A DNA stretch of 64,000 nucleotides from an uncultured archaeon (GTDB lineage Archaea > Asgardarchaeota > Lokiarchaeia > Sigyniarchaeales > SOKP01): the NCBI GenBank assembly GCA_964435435.1, contig CAYSZJ010000002.1, forward strand, positions 7,468 to 71,467, written 5' to 3'. Positions 29,723 to 38,998 of this stretch are shown here, in pieces (the stretch's first letter is position 1; the number at the start of each line of letters is the position of its first letter). A program made the translations under genes and the position numbers. The notes under the pieces are model-generated. The model saw only the letters and a list, made by a program, of their open reading frames with translations, did not search any database and had not been told where the DNA came from.

Positions 29723-31147
29723 TTATTTTAATATTAAAATTAAGATAAGATCATTTACATTACAACCCGTAGGACCTGTGATTATCTCATTATTTAATAA
29801 TTTGAAAAAGCTATTAGAATTATTTTTAGCTAAGTATTTCTTAGAATCTAATTTTTTAGAAATAATCTGATTAACTGTAAAATTATCTATTAATGCGCCC
29901 ATTGCTTTGCTATTACCCTCGATACCATCAAGATTAGCTCCAATAATTAAAAATTCATAATCAATTTCACTTTTTTCTATATGATCAAGAAAACTTAATA
30001 ACATCTCTTGATTTCTACCCCCAATTCCTTTTCCTTGTATTGTTACAGTTAATTCACCTGTGCCAATTAGAGCTAGTCTCAGTGTATTTACGTGTTCTTT
30101 AATTTTTTGAGGTAAAATTCTTCTTAGAGACTTTCCAAATTCTCTTGCTTCACCAGCAATCTCATTAGAAAAATTTTCAACTTGAAATCCTTGTTCTTTT
30201 AAATATAATGTTATCTCCTTAACTGCGGATTTTACACTCCCTATTAAGCAATTATACACATTTTTAAAGCAAGGATCATTAGGTTTAGGGTTTTCTAACA
30301 CCTTATTAGAAATTCCTTTTATTAGTATTTCTTTAACTGATTTGGGAATTTTTTCAAGAAGTTTATATTTTTTTAAAACATCTATTGCATTCTTGAAAGT
30401 TGTCGAATCTGGTATAGTTGGACCAGAAGCAATCGAATCTAAATTATCTCCTACAACGTCAGAAATTATTAAAGAAATTAAAGCAGCTGCACTTATATCA
30501 TAGATTTTTTTTGCAAGATTGCCCCCTTTAAAATCTGATAAATGTTTTCGAACAGTATTTATTTCATGGATGGATGCCCCACAATCTAAAAGAAGAGAAT
30601 TAGCAATTTGGAGATCTTCTAGAGTAATACCTTGCTTTGGTAAAGTTAGTAAAGCAGAACCTCCCCCAGAAATTAAACAGAAAATTAAATCTTTCTTACC
30701 TGATTTTTCTATAATTTCTATCATGGATTTAGTCCCGTTCAATCCAGTTTCATTAGGGATTGGGTGCGAAGCATAATTAATTGAAATATTGCTTTTTACC
30801 TGTATTTCGTGTTTTAAAGATTCTTTAGGAATATTAATAATCCCCTCATACTCAATATTTTCAATACGAGATAGGATCTTTTCAAGCGTAAATGCCATCT
30901 CAGCAGTAGCTTTGCCACCACCAATGATATAGATTTTATTAAAGCTTTCTAAATCATATTCTTTATCATTTATAATTAGAGTTTTTTCTAGAACTTTAAT
31001 TGACTTTTCCATTAAGATACTAGGTTTTACCGCTGAAATTGCTTTTTCAAGTGAGCTCAACCCTATTTTTCTCAGCGATATTTGATTTTGATCCAATTCA
31101 CGTAAAAGAAGTTGAGATGTATTTCTAATATACAATACACAGATCAC
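29723..31147 (-). CDS. glycerate 2-kinase / hydroxypyruvate reductase-like (DUF4147 + MOFRL)
   Basis: 474-aa ORF. IIGGGKATAEMA, LISGGGSALL, SGPT and the C-terminus GGRNQE..TDGIDG-like (GANLDGIEG), TGPTGCNVNDL. Confidence 0.8.
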   Translation of the reverse strand: MICVLYIRNTSQLLLRELDQNQISLRKIGLSSLEKAISAVKPSILMEKSIKVLEKTLIINDKEYDLESFNKIYIIGGGKATAEMAFTLEKILSRIENIEYEGIINIPKESLKHEIQVKSNISINYASHPIPNETGLNGTKSMIEIIEKSGKKDLIFCLISGGGSALLTLPKQGITLEDLQIANSLLLDCGASIHEINTVRKHLSDFKGGNLAKKIYDISAAALISLIISDVVGDNLDSIASGPTIPDSTTFKNAIDVLKKYKLLEKIPKSVKEILIKGISNKVLENPKPNDPCFKNVYNCLIGSVKSAVKEITLYLKEQGFQVENFSNEIAGEAREFGKSLRRILPQKIKEHVNTLRLALIGTGELTVTIQGKGIGGRNQEMLLSFLDHIEKSEIDYEFLIIGANLDGIEGNSKAMGALIDNFTVNQIISKKLDSKKYLAKNNSNSFFKLLNNEIITGPTGCNVNDLILILILK

Positions 31148-31352
31148 TATTGGAATGCTTTAAAATTATCTTTTAGTAATTAATCGTAATTCCAAAAAAA
31201 ATCATAACTTCATTATAAATTTGTTCGATACGCATTTAATAAATTATTGCTTTTAACGAATTTTTTAAATATCTTGTTTTACCAAATATTTGTTTGTTAC
31301 ATTTGTTGCGACTATAACAATTAATATTGATCAATAAAATATAATAAATTTT

Positions 31353-31699
31353 ATGCTCCGTCAAGTATTTGTGCTTAAAGGAAATGAGATTATTTATCAA
31401 AGAGTTTATAAAATGCCCTAAATGATTCTGAGATTGAGGATGTTAGTTTTAGAACAATAACAGAGGCAAAAAGAGCGCTTGGTAAAACAGCTAGTTATTT
31501 TGATTTTATAAAATATAGAATAACTTATGATGTTGACCTTGAATATAATTTAGCTTTTTTTTTTATTACTGGTTTGGTGGATGATTTTTATAGATCAATC
31601 AAAATACAGCTAATGACTTTTAAAGATCTATTCTTAAATCGATTTAGAGATAGATTAAAGGAAAGAAATATTGATGAGCTAGATTTAGTGCTTTTTTAA
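31353..31699 (+). pseudogene. longin/roadblock-like ORF with a -1 frame change near 31410-31413
   Basis: MLRQVFVLKGNEIIYQRVYK (frame 0, then a TAA) continues in the -1 frame as NALNDSEIEDVSFRTITEAKRALGKTASYFDFIKYRITYDVDLEYNLAFFFITGLVDDFYRSIKIQLMTFKDLFLNRF.. to a stop at 31697-31699. Neither part is in the ORF track. Confidence 0.5.
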
Positions 31700-31818
31700 G
31701 GCACTTCAAAAGGGATATATATCATCCTAAAGAAATTAATACTATTCGTAAATATTATTCACAAATTTTAAAAAAAATATAGGCTGATTAATTAAAAAAT
31801 TAATTCTCTAATAATTAT

Positions 31819-32826
31819 TTATCTGTAAATCCCTTCTGGCAATTCTTTTATAGCTTCCTTATAAGATTTTTTAGCTTTATCTGCTCCTTTTTTTATCTTT
31901 TCAATAGCTTTTTCAAAATCTTCATGAGAAATTTTAATTTTTGAATAGGAGTTATGATTTAATACATCAATATCATTTTGAAATACTCCTTTTCGAATTG
32001 CTAAAATTGTAGCTTCTTCACATACTGCTTTAATATCTGCACCAGTATAGCCTTCTAATTTTTCAGCTAATAATATAATATCAATATTTTCATTAATAGG
32101 GCGATCTTTTAGATGAATTTTTAATATTTCTAAACATGCATCTTTATCAGGAAGAGGTATTTCAACATGTCTGCCAAATCTGCCTGATCTTAGTAGAGCA
32201 GGATCAAGTAAATCAGGTCTATTCGTTGCTGCAACTAATATAACATCTCTTAATTCCTCTAAGCCATCCATTTCAGTTAGAAGCTGGGCAACAACCTGTT
32301 CTTCTACAGTTGAACCTGAAATACCTGAACGTCTAGAAGCAATTGCATCTATTTCGTCAAAAAAAATTATGCAAGGAGCAGCAGATCTTGCTTTACGGAA
32401 TGTTTCTCGAACAGCTTTAGCACTTTCCCCCACCCATTTAGATAAGAATTCTGGGCCTTTAATTGAAATAAAATTAACTTCTGTTTCGTGAGCAAGAGCT
32501 TTAGCTAGTAAAGTTTTGCCAGTGCCCGGAAGACCATATATTAAAATTCCATTTGGAGGACTAGATTTCATATATTGATAAAATCCAGGGTATTTTAAAG
32601 GCCATTCAATTATTTCTTTTAATTGTTGTTTAGCATCCTCCAATCCACCAATATCATCCCATGTTTCTGTGGGTTGAGTGATCAATACTTCCCTTAAAGC
32701 TGAAGGCTCGATACTATTTAAAGCTTCTATAAAATAACTCAATTTAATCTTTAATTGATTTAAGACTTCTTCTGGAATTGGCTTATCAAAATCGATTTCG
32801 GGAATTATTTCCCGAATTGCAAGCAT
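31819..32826 (-). CDS. AAA+ ATPase, CDC48/VCP D2-type, 5'-truncated
   Basis: Walker A GLPGTGKTLLAKA, Walker B IIFFDEID, second region of homology. The 24 codons upstream of the first ATG (32827-32898) still read LKLIAEKTHGFVGADIESLCKESA, which is the end of a D1 domain. They stop at a TAG 7 nt from the neighbouring gene's stop. Confidence 0.8.
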   Translation of the reverse strand: MLAIREIIPEIDFDKPIPEEVLNQLKIKLSYFIEALNSIEPSALREVLITQPTETWDDIGGLEDAKQQLKEIIEWPLKYPGFYQYMKSSPPNGILIYGLPGTGKTLLAKALAHETEVNFISIKGPEFLSKWVGESAKAVRETFRKARSAAPCIIFFDEIDAIASRRSGISGSTVEEQVVAQLLTEMDGLEELRDVILVAATNRPDLLDPALLRSGRFGRHVEIPLPDKDACLEILKIHLKDRPINENIDIILLAEKLEGYTGADIKAVCEEATILAIRKGVFQNDIDVLNHNSYSKIKISHEDFEKAIEKIKKGADKAKKSYKEAIKELPEGIYR

Positions 32827-32908
32827 TGCAGATTCTTTGCAGAGAGATTCGATATCTGCTCCTACAAATCCATGAGTTTTCTCAGCGATTAATTTTAACT
32901 AAAATATA

Positions 32909-35623
32909 TTAATTATGGGTTAGATATTCGTGAATGGCTTTAGAAGCTCTTTTTCCCGCACCCATGGCAGATATGACAGTAGCACTTCCAGTTACAATAT
33001 CTCCTCCAGCAAATACACCTTCTAAATTCGTTTTACCATTTTCATTAGTTTCGATATAACCCCATTTATTAAGCTTTAAATCTGGGATAGATTTTGTTAT
33101 AATCGGATTTGCTCTAGTACCAATCGCTATAATAATTGTATCTGTATCTATTAAATATTCTGAATTTTCAATTGGAATTGGTCTTCGTCGTCCTGAATTA
33201 TCGGGCTCTCCCAATCTCATTTTTATAACTTCCATTTGCTTAATATTATCATTTTCATCTCCTATAAACCTTACTGGATTAGTTAAAAATTGAAATTCAA
33301 TGCCTTCTTCTAATGCATGATGATATTCTTCTCTCCTTGCGGGCATCTCTACTTCTGATCTTCTATAAACAACAATTACTCTTTTTGCGCCTAATCTTAG
33401 GGCTACGCGAGCGGAATCCATTGTAACATTACCTCCTCCGAGAACTGTAACAATTTCACCTATTTTAATTGGAGTATCATATTCGGGAAATTTATAAGCT
33501 TTCATTAAATTTGACCTGGTGAGGAATTCATTTGCAGTTAAAACGCCATTCAAGGTTAATCCGGGTACTTTAATGAATATAGGAAGTCCCGCTCCAACTC
33601 CAATAAATATCGCTTTATATCCCATATCTTTCAAATCTTCTTTATTTAGCGTTTTCCCTATAATTGTATTATAGTTAATATCAACATTTATCATTTTTAA
33701 AGTCTCAATTTCGTCTTTTACGATTTCTTTTGGTAATCTAAATTCTGGTATACCATAAATTAATACACCTCCACCAGCATGGAATGCTTCAAATATGGAA
33801 ACCTCATAACCCTCTCTCGCAAGTTCCCCAGCACAAGTTAAACCTGATGGTCCTGAGCCAATAATTGCGACCTTAATATGATTTGGAGCTTTACATTCGG
33901 GACATTCTTTAAGCTTATTTTTTGTTTCCCAATCAGCAATAAATCTTTCTAAATAACCAATAGCTATGGGTTTTCCAACCGAGCCTAATAAACATTTACT
34001 CTCGCATTGAACTTCTTGTGGACACACTCTTCCGCAGATGGCGGGTAATAGATTATAATCTTTCATGAGATGAATGGCCTCTAAGAATTTCTCTGTTTTT
34101 AATAATTTTATAAATTGAGGGATATTCACATTTACGGGGCAACCTGTAACACAGAGAGGGTTTCCACATTGTAAACATCTTTGAGTTTCTAATTTTACCA
34201 TTTCTAATGATAGTCCTTTAGGAACCTCTTGAAAGTTGGTTATTCTTATTTTTGGCTCTTGCTCAATCATCTTTTGTCTAGGTATCTCTTTGTACAATTT
34301 TTCTTTAGACTTTGCTATTCTACTCAAAGATATAAAACTTTTACTGTCTTCTTTAATATCCTTAATCTCGATTAATTTTTGACTTAAAGTTTCTTGTAAT
34401 AAATTGGTTCCTTTCTTAGTTCTTACTATAACCGTGGACCACCCAGATTCAGAGCCAATTGAACCTACTGAAATATCAGATAATTCTGAGGTTAAATCAT
34501 CACATAAAAAACAACCAAATCGAGCATATTTTTTTACATTTTTTATTGGAATATTAAAAGAATCTCCCTTTTTATCGTGAATATAAAAGCGTCCTTTGTT
34601 AATATCCATTTTTTTAATCTGTTCTGGAGTTTTTTGGAACTCGCTCTTTAAAATACCAATAATATTTTCGTAATCAAAAGATTCCATACAAAATAATCCA
34701 ATTTTTAATGTTATATTGTCGTAAAAAGGTCTATTTAGAGGATAAAATGAAATTTTTTTCAGAGCATTGAGAGTACAAGGTGTTCCTACAATTGCAATTT
34801 TTTTATATTTTTTAGAGTTTTGGAGAATTTTTAGCACGTGAGCATTACTATATTTTGTTCCAGTGCTTTTTAGTAAATCTGCTTCATTTTCAACCAATGA
34901 AGGTAATGGTTCGAGTGGTTTCTCCGATTCTTCAACAACCAGAGCAGCATCAATTAATTTTTGATTGAATGCTGTTTTAAGAAGGGTTGTAATAATACCT
35001 CCATCTTGAGCCCTTTCTTTAATATGATCTTCTTTTGTTTGTGCTGTATAAATATTCTTAAAATAATTAAATTCTTTTATATATTTAGTATCAGCATCGA
35101 TTATTTGCTGATTCTTTTCTAATTCTTTCGGAAAAAACGACCTAGGGCAACACGCATAGCATAATCCACAGTTAAAACATGACTCTTCATTTATTGTTAA
35201 AATATCGTTTATAAAACTTATTGCATTTATTGGACAGATTGAAACACATAATCCACAACCAGAACAAATATTCTTATCACGGATTACAGAAACATCAGGA
35301 AATAATCCTTCTTTTTCATTTTTTTTTTGTATGCTTTGATAAAATTCTGATTTTTCTCGTATAACCTCTAATAAACCCAATTCTTTTAAGTATTCTATAT
35401 TTAAAATCAAATTTTCCTCTGAAATCTCAAATTCTTTTTTTAATTTCTCAATATTTAATTCTCCCATTTCCTTTATCTTGTTAAAAATAATTTGTCTTTG
35501 ATTTTCAGCATGCCTCAAAGAATCAATGAAATTTTCAAATTCTATTTCGTTGTATTTTTCAGCTTTTAGAATTTTATCTTTATTATTAAGTAAAACTTCA
35601 ATTAAAGGTGTTTGTTGTTCCAT
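32909..35623 (-). CDS. four-module fusion: wHTH-like domain, 2x[4Fe-4S] ferredoxin, FrhB-like domain, NfnB/GltD-like NADPH oxidoreductase
   Basis: 904-aa ORF. N-terminus EFEISEENLILNIEYLKELGLLEV. Fe-S motifs CSGCGLCVSICP and CFNCGLCYACCP. FrhB signatures AQDGGIITTLL, VGTPCTLNA and SDISVGSIGS. GltD part CLQCGNPLCVTGCPV, ICGRVCP and IIGSGPSGLTCAGELA. Confidence 0.8.
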   Translation of the reverse strand: MEQQTPLIEVLLNNKDKILKAEKYNEIEFENFIDSLRHAENQRQIIFNKIKEMGELNIEKLKKEFEISEENLILNIEYLKELGLLEVIREKSEFYQSIQKKNEKEGLFPDVSVIRDKNICSGCGLCVSICPINAISFINDILTINEESCFNCGLCYACCPRSFFPKELEKNQQIIDADTKYIKEFNYFKNIYTAQTKEDHIKERAQDGGIITTLLKTAFNQKLIDAALVVEESEKPLEPLPSLVENEADLLKSTGTKYSNAHVLKILQNSKKYKKIAIVGTPCTLNALKKISFYPLNRPFYDNITLKIGLFCMESFDYENIIGILKSEFQKTPEQIKKMDINKGRFYIHDKKGDSFNIPIKNVKKYARFGCFLCDDLTSELSDISVGSIGSESGWSTVIVRTKKGTNLLQETLSQKLIEIKDIKEDSKSFISLSRIAKSKEKLYKEIPRQKMIEQEPKIRITNFQEVPKGLSLEMVKLETQRCLQCGNPLCVTGCPVNVNIPQFIKLLKTEKFLEAIHLMKDYNLLPAICGRVCPQEVQCESKCLLGSVGKPIAIGYLERFIADWETKNKLKECPECKAPNHIKVAIIGSGPSGLTCAGELAREGYEVSIFEAFHAGGGVLIYGIPEFRLPKEIVKDEIETLKMINVDINYNTIIGKTLNKEDLKDMGYKAIFIGVGAGLPIFIKVPGLTLNGVLTANEFLTRSNLMKAYKFPEYDTPIKIGEIVTVLGGGNVTMDSARVALRLGAKRVIVVYRRSEVEMPARREEYHHALEEGIEFQFLTNPVRFIGDENDNIKQMEVIKMRLGEPDNSGRRRPIPIENSEYLIDTDTIIIAIGTRANPIITKSIPDLKLNKWGYIETNENGKTNLEGVFAGGDIVTGSATVISAMGAGKRASKAIHEYLTHN

Positions 35624-35624
35624 T

Positions 35625-36509
35625 TTAGGATGCCCCTCCTTGAGATTTTTTTAAGGCTTCACATTGACAATCATAATATTCTAAACTCTCTTTTTCTTGA
35701 TCTATAAATCTTTTAGCGCGTTTTAAAAGATTGTCAAAATCTACAATATGTCCATCAACATCAGGACCATCAACACAAGCAAAATTAATTTCGCCGTCAA
35801 TAGTCGAAAAACGACACCCTCCACACATTCCTGTTCCATCAATCATTATTGTATTTAAAGAAACATAAGTTTTTACTTTAGGTAAATCATTAGATCCGTT
35901 AGTTGTAAGACATACATATTTCATCATAATTAAAGGTCCAATAGCGATTACAATACTCAATTTCTTTCTTTCTAATAATTCCTTAAGTGGATCAGTAACT
36001 ACTCCTTTTATCCCCTCACTTCCATCATCGGCACATATAATTAATTCATCACTTACTGAACGCATTTTATCCCTCCAAAATAATAGTCCACTATTTCTAG
36101 CTCCTAAAATAGAAATAATTTTATTTCCCGCTGCTTTTAATTCCTTAGCTTGAGGATAACAGGGCGCTATACCAACACCGCCACCAATAATCACAACAGG
36201 ATATTCATACTTTTGAATATGAATTCTATTTCCTAAAGGACCAACAATATCAAGAATCGAATCTCCAACTTCTAAATTTGAAAGTAATTTTGTACTTTTC
36301 CCAACAACTTGAAAAACAATAGTTATTGTGCCCTTTTCTCTATCATAATCCGCAATTGTTAAAGGAATACGCTCTCCAGCTTCATTAATCCTAATTATTA
36401 TAAAATTTCCCGCATACGATTTTTTTGCAATTAAAGGGGTATCTAATAACATTTCAAATAGAATAGCATTTTTTCCTAGTTCCTTTTTTTCTAGAATTTG
36501 ATAGGGCAA
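35625..36509 (-). CDS. NfnA/PyrK/SudB-like FAD and [2Fe-2S] ferredoxin-NADP reductase subunit
   Basis: 294-aa ORF. RIPLTIADYD (FAD), GGGVGIAP (NAD) and the C-terminal MCGGCRFS..FACVDGP cluster motif. The stop is 1 nt from the start of the next gene. Confidence 0.8.
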   Translation of the reverse strand: MPYQILEKKELGKNAILFEMLLDTPLIAKKSYAGNFIIIRINEAGERIPLTIADYDREKGTITIVFQVVGKSTKLLSNLEVGDSILDIVGPLGNRIHIQKYEYPVVIIGGGVGIAPCYPQAKELKAAGNKIISILGARNSGLLFWRDKMRSVSDELIICADDGSEGIKGVVTDPLKELLERKKLSIVIAIGPLIMMKYVCLTTNGSNDLPKVKTYVSLNTIMIDGTGMCGGCRFSTIDGEINFACVDGPDVDGHIVDFDNLLKRAKRFIDQEKESLEYYDCQCEALKKSQGGAS

Positions 36510-36567
36510 ATTTCATCACGCCTTAATTTTTATCTAAAAATAAAAAAAAAATAAAGTTTACTATTCA

Positions 36568-37563
36568 TTAATTTGAAATTTTAATTTCCTTTCCAAATAG
36601 TATCTTGGTTGCGAGTTGAAATGCGATGTTATAGTCAAATATTTTTTTACCTTTACTTGTAGATGCTGTTTTAAAAATACTACTCTCAACCTTATATTTA
36701 AGTCTCCCTATATCTAAAGCACCAATTCCAAATATACCTGGATAAAATTCCTCGTTATTAAATTTAGGTTTTAAGCCTTCAATTCCATAAGGAGGAACCA
36801 AATTAATATCTACAACAATTTTATTTGGAGGAAGCTTAGACATCAATTCTTTTGATAACATTTGTATTCCCGCTTTACCTACAGACCAAATCACATCTGC
36901 ATCCTTTACAATTCCGAATTTTTGCTCATCTGTAATTGCTGCTACTCCTATAATTTCTGTAGCGCCTTCTCCCGCTTTTATCGTTAATTCCTTTGCAAGC
37001 TTTTTTACTGCTTGTTCTCGACGAGATGTTATAACCACTTTGGCATTTAATTTTGATGCAATTAACGCTGCAATTTGTCCAACAGGACCAGTACCCCCTA
37101 ATATAGTTATTTTTTTTCCAGATAAATCATTTATATTATGCAACCTCGCTATTTCTATACTTTTTGCAACTACAGCCGTTGCTGTAGTATGAGAACCGCG
37201 GGGATCTATAATCACAGGAGATTCAAAAGGCGGCACGAGAGTATTCAATACTTCTTCAGCGATTTTATTGGCTTCTTCTACATTTGAGCCACCAACAAAA
37301 TATACCGTCGGAGCACCTACTTTTCGCGAAAACATAGCATCTTGTACTAAACTGGTTACTTTATCTGCTTGCATTTTACAAAAGGGAATAACTACATCAA
37401 ATCCTGCATCGTAACCCATATTAATATCAAAAGGAGAAGCATTGTCATCAGTGTCAAAAAAATAGCAGATTTTATCAGATGTATCTTTCTTTTTAATTAT
37501 TATGGGTGTTAATTCTATAATTGATTTCTTCCCCAGAATACTTTCAATCTCTCTTTCAACCAT
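36568..37563 (-). CDS. mtdA: MtdA-like NAD(P)-dependent methylene-tetrahydromethanopterin/-folate dehydrogenase
   Basis: FFDTDDNASPFDINMGYDAGFD, VYFVGGSN, DPRGSHTTATAVVA, ILGGTGPVGQIAALI, PPYGIEG and GALDIGRLKYKVE match my recollection of Methylobacterium MtdA motif order. Confidence 0.7.
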   Translation of the reverse strand: MVEREIESILGKKSIIELTPIIIKKKDTSDKICYFFDTDDNASPFDINMGYDAGFDVVIPFCKMQADKVTSLVQDAMFSRKVGAPTVYFVGGSNVEEANKIAEEVLNTLVPPFESPVIIDPRGSHTTATAVVAKSIEIARLHNINDLSGKKITILGGTGPVGQIAALIASKLNAKVVITSRREQAVKKLAKELTIKAGEGATEIIGVAAITDEQKFGIVKDADVIWSVGKAGIQMLSKELMSKLPPNKIVVDINLVPPYGIEGLKPKFNNEEFYPGIFGIGALDIGRLKYKVESSIFKTASTSKGKKIFDYNIAFQLATKILFGKEIKISN

Positions 37564-37619
37564 TTATATCAACTCATTTTTTTAATTTTATAAGAAATAT
37601 AATAAAGAAATTTTATTTA

Positions 37620-38345
37620 TTAAAAATCAACTTTTAACTCATTTTCAAGCTCTTCTTCAACTTCTTCAGTTTTAATAGTCCTTTTGATTTTTATTTGTTC
37701 CGTTTCAATACCTAAATCTGTTGACAGTTTCTCAAGTCCATTAAAGTGTCGAGGATCACATATAAACATACACTTCAATTTCTTCCCTTCCAACTCTCTC
37801 GCAAGATTTAAAATATTCATCATCATCCATGCTTCTCGGATTTTATACCTTACTTCATCTTCTTGGGTATTATAATCCATTTGTAAATATTCTTTCCACA
37901 ATACTATCCGTTGGAAAAGTTCATCATTTTCAGAAACGCCTCTCCTATTATTCATAATATCATTGATCCTTTTTTCAAGATTTTTAATCATAGTCCTGTG
38001 TTCATCTAATGCCGCAGAAAGGTATAACTCAGCATTCTCTGAAATATCAGCATACTTGAACGGAATCCCTCTTTTTTCATATTGCGTTTTTAATGGATCA
38101 TCCGAATTGAGTGTCTTATCCCATGAGTTTGGTCTTTCTTCTAGTATAAAATCAGGTTTATACTTTTCTATCAATGTATCCACTAATTGAAGATATTCCC
38201 TTGAAATTAAATGAAGGTTCCAAAAAACATCTTCTTTTAAATTCTTCGGAACTTCAAACCACCAATCGATAGGAAACTCACGCTCTATCAATATCACTTT
38301 TAAAGATTTATTCTTTAAAGGTTTTAATTCTAATACTTCTGGCAT
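37620..38345 (-). CDS. hypothetical protein, distant TraB/Tiki-like layout (tentative)
   Basis: 241-aa ORF. KPDFILEER, GIPFKYADISE and IREAWMMMNIL..MFICDPRHFNGLEKL recall TraB-family blocks (PD.V.VEL..R / DR / ERD..M / GxGH..G), but the N-terminal GTAH motif is absent. Confidence 0.35.
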   Translation of the reverse strand: MPEVLELKPLKNKSLKVILIEREFPIDWWFEVPKNLKEDVFWNLHLISREYLQLVDTLIEKYKPDFILEERPNSWDKTLNSDDPLKTQYEKRGIPFKYADISENAELYLSAALDEHRTMIKNLEKRINDIMNNRRGVSENDELFQRIVLWKEYLQMDYNTQEDEVRYKIREAWMMMNILNLARELEGKKLKCMFICDPRHFNGLEKLSTDLGIETEQIKIKRTIKTEEVEEELENELKVDF

Positions 38346-38374
38346 TTATTATCCCTCTTTTTATTTTTTTTTTT

Positions 38375-38998
38375 TTAAAATATTATTTTTTGTATAGTAT
38401 GTTTTTTATTATAAGATATGACCTTTATGCCTAATTCTCTTAAATTCTCAACTATTTGTGGACATATATCTTCACATATATCTTCTTGAACAAAATGTAC
38501 ATAAACAACTTTATCCTTTTTAAAAGACAATGCTAAATCTATCATTTTTTTGACAATCCATTGAGGTCTCAACTTTAAACTTAGAAATATTTCCTTTTCC
38601 TGAATTTCTTCTCCTAACATATCAATCCAATTTTTTAGACTAAGTCCCTTATAAGAGTCTTTATCTTCCATACTTTCATATTCTTCGAATAATTCATTTT
38701 GGAGTTGTTGCTTATCAATAATCTCCTCGTATAAGTATCCCATTGCATAATCAGGAATATCTACTTGAAAATATGGAATCTTCAATTCATTCAATGTCTG
38801 AGCAAATGGTGTTTTGCTGAATTCTCTCATATCAACCTGAAAATCAACTGTAACAAAGTCAATATTATTCTTATTCAAAAAATCTACTAATTTGGAATTA
38901 TCTGTTTTTTGGAAATATTTAGCATTCTCTTTTGAAGACATATACACAATAATTTTTTTATTTTTTATTTTCTTAAATTCCAAAACTTCCATCTTCAA
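38375..38998 (-). CDS. hypothetical protein, paralogue of 37620-38345
   Basis: 207-aa ORF. It shares VLE(F/L)K..KNK, (K/G)IP(Y/F)..(V/A)DI and RPQWIVKKMIDL block order with the neighbouring ORF. Confidence 0.35.
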   Translation of the reverse strand: MKMEVLEFKKIKNKKIIVYMSSKENAKYFQKTDNSKLVDFLNKNNIDFVTVDFQVDMREFSKTPFAQTLNELKIPYFQVDIPDYAMGYLYEEIIDKQQLQNELFEEYESMEDKDSYKGLSLKNWIDMLGEEIQEKEIFLSLKLRPQWIVKKMIDLALSFKKDKVVYVHFVQEDICEDICPQIVENLRELGIKVISYNKKHTIQKIIF

